Source: Tubulanus polymorphus
Taxonomy: Eukaryota > Animalia > Nemertea
Assembly (NCBI RefSeq): GCF_964204645.1
Contig: NC_134036.1
Span: forward strand, 9,279,859-9,343,858
Length of the DNA: 64,000 nucleotides
Reading direction: 5' to 3'
Positions 11,110 through 19,800 of the stretch are shown piece by piece. The notes under the pieces are model-generated. The model did not search any database, was not told the origin of the DNA, and saw only the letters and a program-made list of their open reading frames with translations. The position numbers were made by a program, and so were the translations under genes. Each line of letters begins with the position of its first letter. The stretch's first letter is position 1.

Positions 11110-12099
11110 ATGGAAGGAGGTAAAGTATATAAACATATTCCATACATCGATACACATGAAAATAATGATGGTTTATATTATGTAATACCTTGTAATATAG
11201 CATTGATATTTGATCCTATTTTTAAAAATTATAAAACTAAACTGATAGAAATCGATAATAATAAAAGTGGTGTTGTTGATAATTTAAGTAATGTAATACC
11301 TACTACACCTATAATACCTACTACTACACCTGTAATACCTACTACTACATCTGTAATACCTACTACTACATCTGTAATACCTACTACATCTGTAATACCT
11401 TCTACATCTAATAACGTAATACCTTCTACACCTGTAATACCTTCTACATCTAATAATGTAATACCTTCTACATCTAATAATGCAATAATATTAAATGTTA
11501 GTGAAAATAGAAATTATTGTGGTTATTGTAATGGTGAATTTTCAAACGCTCCATCAAATTGGAATAAACATATGAATACAAATTCACATATTACTAATGT
11601 TATAGAACGTGTTGGCAAAAAAGAATTTATAGAACACCCATTTAGATATGTTACAAAATTTGTTTCAAATAAAAAAGTAAATGGTAAAGAATTATATAAA
11701 GATTTATTATTAGCAACACCTAATAACGATGAATTAGATTTAACCGATGCTAATGAAATATTAGGATCAAACACTGTAAATGAAATATTAGGAGCAAACA
11801 CTAATAAAGATAATAATGAAAATGGTGCCATACAGCACCCACAAAGTGATATAGTTACAGATAAACATATTGATAATAAATATTCTATGAAACATGAAGA
11901 AGAAACTATTGATGATATAATAGAAAGGATGAATAAGCATAACAATGAAACAACTATTGATGATTTGGTAAAAAAGGTGAAAAAGGTGGAAAAAAATTAT
12001 AAAGATGTTGATGTAGATTCGGTAGAGCAGTTAAATATGTTGTTAGGGTCGTCTGATAGTGAAAGTGATTCAGAAATTAATTATCTAACACTCGAATAA
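11110..12099 (+). CDS. Variable protein with VIPTTTS/VIPSTS repeats and a C2H2 (matrin-like) Zn finger
   Basis: Tandem repeats at ~11290-11480; CGYC...WNKHMNTNSH. Confidence 0.75.
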   Translation: MEGGKVYKHIPYIDTHENNDGLYYVIPCNIALIFDPIFKNYKTKLIEIDNNKSGVVDNLSNVIPTTPIIPTTTPVIPTTTSVIPTTTSVIPTTSVIPSTSNNVIPSTPVIPSTSNNVIPSTSNNAIILNVSENRNYCGYCNGEFSNAPSNWNKHMNTNSHITNVIERVGKKEFIEHPFRYVTKFVSNKKVNGKELYKDLLLATPNNDELDLTDANEILGSNTVNEILGANTNKDNNENGAIQHPQSDIVTDKHIDNKYSMKHEEETIDDIIERMNKHNNETTIDDLVKKVKKVEKNYKDVDVDSVEQLNMLLGSSDSESDSEINYLTLE

Positions 12100-12238
12100 T
12101 AAAGGTTGAAAATTATATAAAATAATAGTAAATAAAAAAAGGTTTTAATTATTTAAGGTATCTAATAGGGTATCAGGTATTAGGGCATCTAATGGGGTAT
12201 TAGGTATTAAGGTATCTAATACATAGGTATACAAATAG

Positions 12239-12853
12239 TTATTTTATAAATTTATATTCATATGGAAATTGTAATCTCATAAGTAATTTGGAACCTTTAT
12301 TATTCTTTAATTTATTCATATATTCATCATGTAATTCAGTAGGTATAATTTGATTTTCTTCTAATGATTGTTGCATAGATTTTTTATCTTTGTTATAAAA
12401 TAAAACTAGAAATCTTATATTCTCTCTAAAATCTTTCACAATTGAATTATATTTTTGATTTAAAACCCATGTTGTTATCCCAAAATGTCTACCAGAGAAA
12501 GCTAAATAACATAACTCACTTTCTCTAACTTTTGAATCATGTAAATTTGCGCAATCATCAATAATAAATAATGTATTAGATCCTTTATAAATATCTATTG
12601 CAATTTTTATACAATTATCTAAATTATCTTTCACTGTTTTAGAATTTAATATAATAAACTTTTTATCTTTAAAAACTATATCTCTATTATACGTTTCATT
12701 CATTTCATAAGTAGGACAGAATAATATTATATTATCAAAATGATTCTTATAAATAGTTTCTAACAAGTCTAATATGAAGTGTGTTTTACCACAATTTGTA
12801 ACTCCAGTAACTAACATATTATGTGGTTCAAATATAAATAAATCTTTATTCAT
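12239..12853 (-). CDS. A32/FtsK-like DNA packaging ATPase
   Basis: Walker A GVTNCGKT, Walker B FIIDD, and GRHFGITTWVLNQ. Confidence 0.92.
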   Translation of the reverse strand: MNKDLFIFEPHNMLVTGVTNCGKTHFILDLLETIYKNHFDNIILFCPTYEMNETYNRDIVFKDKKFIILNSKTVKDNLDNCIKIAIDIYKGSNTLFIIDDCANLHDSKVRESELCYLAFSGRHFGITTWVLNQKYNSIVKDFRENIRFLVLFYNKDKKSMQQSLEENQIIPTELHDEYMNKLKNNKGSKLLMRLQFPYEYKFIK

Positions 12854-13931
12854 TTATTCTTTTAATTTTACTAGATAAAATCCATTCATTGAATTTATCA
12901 TCATATCCTTTATATTTCACCAAAGAATACTTTTTTCCTTTAAGAGTTTTAGTTTTTAATACTTTTTCTATTTTGTATTCTATTTCATCTGGATTTGGTA
13001 CAAGTGATAATTCTTGTTCATAGAAATAACCTAATATTTCTTCATCTTTTAGATCTTCTAATTTATAAACAAATGGTTTAGTTAATATTATCTTTTTAAT
13101 TTTAAATATTTCTTCAGTAAAATTAGGGGTATAACCTTTATAAAATGTTTTTCTATATTTAGAAATTCTAACGTGTTGTCCTATTTTAAATTTAGGTTCT
13201 CCAAAATCATGTGTAACAAACGCACCATATAAATTATTCCAAACTATTTCTGAATTTTCTTCTTTTCTAGCTTGTATAGGTTTCATATTTATAGAACTAT
13301 GTTTAGAATTATTATAACCTTTAACTAAATCATCTAACACATCGATATATTTATATGTTTCATTAGCGGTGAAATATTTCCACATTCTAGTTTTCAATGT
13401 TTTATTAAATCTTTCTATAACGGATGCTTTTTTATCTGAATGTGTTGAAAAATATTCTACATCGTTATCAGATAATAGTTTTTTGAAATGTTTGTTATAA
13501 AATTCTTTACCTTCATCAAATTGTATTTTATCTGGGATAGCTTCTTTAAATATTAATTTGAAAGAATTTGTAACTTCTATACCAGTTTTATTTTTAATCG
13601 GGATACTCCATGCGTATCTACTGAATATATCTATAACATTTAGTATCCAAAAATATCCTTTGTTATATTCTTCTAAGTTTTTCATGTCAATTAAATCAGC
13701 TTGCCATTGTTGGTCAATATATGAAACCATTACTTTTCTTGTTAAATATTTTTTATCCATCTTTTTATGAATTTGATATGTGGGTTGATTTTGTAACCAT
13801 GATTTTAATTCACTATATTTTATTTTTTCTTTATCAGATTTAATTTTATCCCATAATTCTGAAACGTTAGAATATGATACTTCACGTTCTGGGTTGTAAT
13901 ATAAATCTCTCAAATATTGTTCTTTTTTCAT
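12846..13931 (-). CDS. Retroviral-like DDE integrase with C-terminal chromodomain
   Basis: WQADLID, IDIFSRYAW, QFDEGKEF, VIERFNKTLK; chromodomain YKIEKVL...LVKYKGYDDKFNEWI. ORF intact. Confidence 0.95.
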   Translation of the reverse strand: MKKEQYLRDLYYNPEREVSYSNVSELWDKIKSDKEKIKYSELKSWLQNQPTYQIHKKMDKKYLTRKVMVSYIDQQWQADLIDMKNLEEYNKGYFWILNVIDIFSRYAWSIPIKNKTGIEVTNSFKLIFKEAIPDKIQFDEGKEFYNKHFKKLLSDNDVEYFSTHSDKKASVIERFNKTLKTRMWKYFTANETYKYIDVLDDLVKGYNNSKHSSINMKPIQARKEENSEIVWNNLYGAFVTHDFGEPKFKIGQHVRISKYRKTFYKGYTPNFTEEIFKIKKIILTKPFVYKLEDLKDEEILGYFYEQELSLVPNPDEIEYKIEKVLKTKTLKGKKYSLVKYKGYDDKFNEWILSSKIKRINE

Positions 13932-13937
13932 CTTATT

Positions 13938-14333
13938 TTAATCCATTAATAATAATCTTGGTTTATTTTCAATGACTTTATCATTTGACTTATTTTCTGG
14001 TATGATAGGTTTATTGTCATTGGAATCATCTTTATCATCAGATTTGAATTTTGATTTATATATTACACCAGATAATATAATAACTGTTACTAATCCAATT
14101 GTAATATATAATTTATAATTACTTCCAGCATTAGAAGAATTAGATGGATTATTATTTGAATCAATACCACCGTGTGGGTGCCGTACGGCACCATCAGATA
14201 ATTTCTGTGATTCATTTATATCAGTTAATTTCTTTTTCTTAGCTTTTTTTAATTCTGATGATCTTTTACCTAATTCTCTTGCCCATTTAATTTGTTTCTC
14301 GGATCTAGCCTTTTTCTTAACTCCATCACTCAT
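13938..14333 (-). CDS. 131-aa basic protein with one TM segment
   Basis: Lys/Arg-rich N-terminus and LYITIGLVTVIILSGVIY; ortholog in copy 2. Confidence 0.75.
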   Translation of the reverse strand: MSDGVKKKARSEKQIKWARELGKRSSELKKAKKKKLTDINESQKLSDGAVRHPHGGIDSNNNPSNSSNAGSNYKLYITIGLVTVIILSGVIYKSKFKSDDKDDSNDNKPIIPENKSNDKVIENKPRLLLMD

Positions 14334-14928
14334 TTATTTTAGTTAATTTTTGTTCTGATTCATTTTCTGTTTCGACGTTTGGTTGTAGTACATCTGTTTC
14401 GTTCTTACCTGATTTATATTCCATAGGTTTGATGTTCGAAAATGTTATGACGCCAGTAGAAATCAATGTCATAACCGATCCTAATTGAAATGAAGCATAA
14501 CCGACCCATTTTTGTAATTCAGTCATAACTAAGTAGTCATTTTTCAAATCATTATATAATTTATTTTCATCATCAATTGGTATTAACTGGTTACATAATT
14601 TTGAATAACATTTGACAATACCATTCGAAATAGAATCATTTATTTTAGATAATCTTGCCTCTTCATAAATCTTAAAATATTTTATTACTTTTTCTTTATT
14701 CATATTATCTAATTCTTGAAAAGTTGTTGTTTTACCAATAAACTCTTTAGTTTTTCCACTCGCAATCAATAGTTCTAGATGATGCTTACAATATAAATAG
14801 TATTCATAATCTATATTGTTATTAACTTGAATAGAATTAGAAACAACTGTATCCTTATTATCACTAATACCTAAATCATCTAATGTTTTTTCAATATCAA
14901 TACTATTCTTATTAGATTTCTTTGACAT
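14326..14928 (-). CDS. Conserved 200-aa hypothetical protein
   Basis: Intact ORF with an ortholog in copy 2; 8-nt overlap with the next gene. Confidence 0.75.
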   Translation of the reverse strand: MSKKSNKNSIDIEKTLDDLGISDNKDTVVSNSIQVNNNIDYEYYLYCKHHLELLIASGKTKEFIGKTTTFQELDNMNKEKVIKYFKIYEEARLSKINDSISNGIVKCYSKLCNQLIPIDDENKLYNDLKNDYLVMTELQKWVGYASFQLGSVMTLISTGVITFSNIKPMEYKSGKNETDVLQPNVETENESEQKLTKINE

Positions 14929-15176
14929 TTATATTAGAGAAATTTAATAAGAATAGTATTATAAGTATTATAAAATGATACTAGCTAGTTAAAGTTAAAG
15001 AATTCTAGTATTGACTACTGATACTAGCTATTTGAATTTAAAGAATTTCTATTCGGATCTATTCAAAATATAAAGTATTCTCTTTTTGAAAAGAAAATAT
15101 TAAAAATATAATAGAATTCGATAGCTAGTTGAAGTGATTGTTTTTTAAATACTTTTTATTTAAAATCTATTATTCT

Positions 15177-15839
15177 TTAACCACTCATTAAAGACTCAAC
15201 GTATTGTTCATTATGTGTTGAATTCCATAATTCAATAAATTTTTTTACTTTTTCCAGTTGATTCAAATATAACTGTAAATCTATTCTATTAGATTTGATT
15301 TGATTTTCTTTCTTTTCTAAGGTCTTAAATTTTTCCAATTCCAAATAAGTTTTTTATTGTATTCATCGTTCCTTTTTAAATTTAGATATTGGTAACACGT
15401 GATCAATATGAAAGTATTCACCGTAATTATCTATATTCATTTTATCATCGAATTGAAATATAATCCATGATTTGAGAAATTCATCTGAACAACCCAATAA
15501 ATTAGATAGTGTTTCTGAATATGTTTCTTTGTTAAATAATTGTGTTAATCTAGACCGTAAACATTGTTTCAATCTAAAATTAAGATCTGTTTGATATCTT
15601 TCTCTCATATATTCTGTCATATAATCATTATAAGATTCTCTATTATCTTCTCGATATTGTTTGGTATATAGTTTAATGCAAGTTTTACAGTAATATTGAA
15701 AACCATCTTTGCTAATCTTACGCTTACTAAATTCTGTTAATGATTTATCTAATTCACATTTAGAACATTTCTTGTAACATATATTTATAACACCAGTGTT
15801 ATTTGTAATATTGATAGTTTGTGGTTGTTCTGGTTCCAT
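15177..15839 (-). pseudogene. HNH endonuclease with N-terminal CxxC..CxxC Zn ribbon, frameshifted near the 3' end
   Basis: CSKC...KDG...CKTC, FHIDHVLP, and downstream WNWKNL frame as in copy 2; ends YVESLMSG*. Confidence 0.8.
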
Positions 15840-15974
15840 TTATTATACGTATTTTTTTACTAAATTGGTTAATAATTTATAATCCTCTTCTATTTCTTCG
15901 ACTAACGTTATCCTTTTTCATTCCTAGCTGCTTTTGATAAGTTTTTTCGATTCCTTGATATATAAATAATACAA

Positions 15975-16295
15975 GCGGCCGGCCATTTATGGCCGGTTTT
16001 GCTTAATGCGCATGCGTTAAACATAATTATAAATTCATTCTATAAATTCTGTAAAATAGAAACAACACATGCGTTACATGCGGCCATTTATGGCCGGTTT
16101 TGCTTAATGCGTATGCGTTAAACATAATTATAAATTCATTCTATAAATTCTGTAAAATAGAAACAACTGAATATAGAAAATTCAAACGCATTCATGTTCT
16201 CGTCACATACGTTACATGTGTCAAATGCGTCACATGCGGCCATTGATGGCCGGTTTTGCTTAATTCGCATGTGTTAAACATAATAGAAACGACTG
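15975..16295. repeat. Three ~100-bp tandem GC-containing repeats in the non-coding arm of copy 1
   Basis: CGGCCATTTATGGCCGGTTTTGCTTAATGCGCATGCGTTAAACATAAT at ~15980, ~16081 and ~16237. Confidence 0.85.
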
Positions 16296-17248
16296 AACAT
16301 AAAAATTCACAAATCAGATTTACACAATACATTATACAAGTTGTTCAGTCATTTCTTCTAATACATCATTTGATTTCTATAAATACAATTTATAATTACA
16401 AACATTTTTTCAATTGCTGGTAAATATTTAACTACATCAACAAATGTTAAACTAAATCATTGGAGTCTTAATGTTTTTGAAATTCTTATATTTCTTCTTC
16501 GATCTTTTAGCGATTCTATTGGTTTGATATCCACCGGTTTGTGCGTGTTTAATTTGACACCAGTTCCACAGTTGTATATAGGTTTATTTGACTCTGGGCC
16601 TAGTTCCACAGTTATCTAAAAGATATATCAAAATATAAATTGCTACACATAAATATATTTAAAGGTTTCATATTTAGCGGCCTTAATAAACAAAAACTGT
16701 ACTTACATTTAACTCGCGAACTGTAAACTGTATATGATGTGGCGTTTATGAGACTGTTATGATACAGCGTTTATGAGAATATCCTGGTTATGACACAATG
16801 TTTATGAGACTATATCCGTTGAAAAGCGATCGATATATGCTGGTATTTCGTTTTGTGTGTATACGCAACTAATTGCTTTTCACCCGTAGACTGTCAAGCG
16901 TCTGATGTGCGCGCCTATTTATACTATTCTATGCTCAGAAACATCTAGATTAAGTGTGTTGAGACTTGCGAATTATGAGATTTTTGATTGGTTAGAGCTT
17001 AGTTGTCCAGAAACATCTAAAAAGCGCGTTGAGACTTGTAAATTATGAGATTTGTGATTCGCTAACGTCCGCCGTATGATGTATAATACACAACGCGTTG
17101 AGACTTGTAAATATAGTTGAAAAAAATCAATAATAAAGGCATTTAGATCAATGAAATTAATTAACTCTTTACAATTGAAATATAAGCTGGTAACATATGT
17201 TTACTAGAGCTAATACAACCAACTATATAGCTGAGTATTATCAGGCGT

Positions 17249-17422
17249 TTATAACGATTCAACATATTTTTCACTATATGTTGAGTTCCTTAATTCGATA
17301 AATGTCTTTGCTTTAACCAACTGGACTAAAAACAAATGTGTTCTAGTTTTATTGTGTCTTGCTTTTTGGGATTTATCTATATCGATATTACATGTTGGGC
17401 AGTAGTACTTATTTGCTTCCAT
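17249..17422 (-). CDS. 57-aa chimeric mini-ORF: PolB N-terminal Zn finger fused to a copy of the HNH C-terminal tail
   Basis: Hand translation MEANKYYCPTCNIDIDKSQKARHNKTRTHLFLVQLVKAKTFIELRNSTYSEKYVESL*; below the ORF-track size cutoff. Confidence 0.55.
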   Translation of the reverse strand: MEANKYYCPTCNIDIDKSQKARHNKTRTHLFLVQLVKAKTFIELRNSTYSEKYVESL

Positions 17423-17706
17423 TTTAATACTATATTTTTTATTAAAATTGATTTTAGAAGTTCAATGATTTATATTTTATTCATATATATATGAATATGA
17501 GTAATAGGGGTTTAGTTGTTTCATATCAAAGGTCGAAAGGTTGAGGTTGATAAATTTTCCAAATGTTAAAATAATAATAATTTCTACTTGAATTAGGAGT
17601 GTACGCGACTAATTCAAGTAGAAATTATTGTTATTTTAACATTTTGGAAAATTTCTCGGGCTCGACCTTTCGACCTTTGGTATGAAACAACTAAACCCCT
17701 ATTACT
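17334..17706. repeat. Right terminal inverted repeat of copy 1, ending in a 207-bp near-perfect palindrome (17500-17706)
   Basis: Matches the reverse complement of 1-139; arms 17500-17596 and 17609-17706 are complementary. Confidence 0.9.
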
Positions 17707-18001
17707 CATGTATATATGGCATTGCATTGTAATAGTGAAGTCATTGTATTTCTCAAAGCAGTCGTTGTAAGGCAATAACAATTTAATATTTTTCATGCAT
17801 TATTTCGATTAGAGTATCGAAAATATTGGAAAATTGAGATGATATTTTCAGGGTTGTTGCATAATGACAAAATACCTACCTTTTATTTGCTCTATAAAAT
17901 CGACAAAATACCAGCCAATAACAGCAGGGTCATTATTTGTATTGCTTACGTTGAGCCAAAGAATCCTCCTAGAATAACTATACATTGGAGCAATACCTTA
18001 G

Positions 18002-18006
<5 letters not shown>

Positions 18007-18031
<25 letters not shown>
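18007..18031. repeat. (CA)n microsatellite
   Basis: Direct reading. Confidence 0.95.
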
Positions 18032-18032
<1 letters not shown>

Positions 18033-19484
18033 TATCAGATCAAATAATAGAACAATCCAGGCCAGCATATGGAAAAACAACCGATTACCTACCCATCTAT
18101 GGCTCCATGTATAGCAAAGCCGTACGGCTTAAGCTTATCATGCCCATCAACATGTATCAAATAATTAGGACCTTTGGCTGAATAATTACGGCGACGGAGG
18201 ATACCACTAGCTCTTTCCCTGACTCCTTCTGGATCAATCAAGTGCTGGACACCCGAAACAACTGTCCTGAAAATAATTCATCAATGCTGGGTTAAAATAT
18301 AGGTTAACAGTCGATGTATCACTCCTGATAATTACGGACCATCATCGTACCTAGGAACACGAATTCCATAGCGATTCCTCAATCGACTAGTCATGGCTCT
18401 GTAGCCCAAACAGCTACCACTGCCACGTACCTCTTCCTATAATTAAAGAAACCTATATTACTGGCAGTAATTAACTTGTCAGAATGATATCTGAATCTCC
18501 ATTCATACATTCTTGATATTACGATGACACATTTTGATATTAATGAAACACTAGAAATTAAATATGGATAGGTCTCACCGTATAATTACCTCTACTACAC
18601 TGACAACTTCATGTAATTGATAGTTACATCTCCTTTTTAATCCCAGTTTGTTGAGTCGCCGTTTTAATGTACGCTCACTGCAAAGAGAGCAAGGTTTTGA
18701 GAACGATTCTGCGAATATTTTAGCAAAAATGCATAATTAAGCCTAATCGATCTCTCAGCATGTAACATTAATTTAGGGGCTACATAACCTCTTACCTCAT
18801 TGCCAATCCAAAATAAGTCTCGAGTGAGTGGCAAATTTCCTTATTAGTAAATCCGTCGTTGAACAATTGTGTGATGATATTGTCCTCTATAAAGAAATAT
18901 AACCAGTTTTCAGAGTGGATTAGAATACCAAGAATTAATATTTTGATGAAATTTCGAAATATCAGTATTGACAATCAGACAATTTCCATACCTGAGCTGA
19001 CATCATCATCCTGTCCTTCTTCTTGTAGAAAACACGACATGATCTACCGCGCGAGGGGTTTATTTGTGGGATTTGGGAGGCCGTAGCGGCGTAGGAACCC
19101 TTATAGCGCGTCGTCAATATCACACGTATCAATGGGGCAGTCAGACGTTCAACTGAACTGACCTTATTGTATTGTATTAAAACTACACGCGCACGCCCTA
19201 CTCTCTTCTCAACCGTGAATATAACCACTATTCTTGACGCACTGGCTACCGCATCAAAACGTCAATTTTTACAAATATTTAATTTGAATTTGTTTACTTT
19301 TAAGTGAAGGCAGTGCTACTGGCTTTCGTAAAAAATCAGAAAATCACCGATAAAGGAAGTTTTATTGCGTATAAACGTAACTCTGAAAATTAAATTAATT
19401 AGAAAATAATTGGTATAATAATACAACGTTTTAAGGCCGTAATTAGTATCACGAGATGAACCCTGGCGCCACCATCCGACCAAA

Positions 19485-19800
19485 ATTACCGCGCATGAAC
19501 GAAGAAACGAAGTTCGTTTTTGCGCGGCGCAAAAACGAGAAATCACCGCGCTAAAACGCGCCAAAACGGGCGCTAAAACGAAAGTTCGTTTCTGCGCTCG
19601 TTTTAGCGCGTTTCTGCGCGGTAAATTTCGTTTTTGCGCCGCGCAAAAACGGACGCAGAAACGAACTTCGTTTTTGCGGGGCGCAAAAACGAGAAATCAC
19701 CGCGCTAAAACGAAGGTTCGTTTCTGCGCTCGTTTTGGCGCGTTTCTGCGCGGTAAATTTCGTTTTTGCGCCGCGCAGAAACGGACGCAGAAACGAAGCA
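19485..19800. repeat. GC-rich tandem/inverted repeat block (GCGCAAAAACG, CAGAAACGAA, CGCGCTAAAACG units)
   Basis: A unit of roughly 150 bp occurs twice with internal inversions; probably a transposon subterminal array. Confidence 0.75.

Larger units (their letters stand above)
1..17706 (+). mobile_element. Polinton/Maverick-type endogenous virus, copy 1 (left terminus lies just outside the window)
   Basis: pPolB, penton, MCP, ATPase and integrase gene set. Bases 1-139 are an inverted repeat of 17334-17472. The element ends at ...CCCCTATTACT (17706), the reverse complement of the AGTAATAGGGG start of copy 2. Confidence 0.95.

Noticed and set aside
17707-17712. 6-bp TSD for the Polinton copies (CATGTA after copy 1; AGTGTT before copy 2)
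   Set aside because: Copy 1's left end is outside the window and copy 2's right end is truncated, so neither can be verified.
17614-17796. 60-aa ORF across the copy 1 terminus
   Set aside because: Spans host flank and hairpin arm; no counterpart in copy 2.
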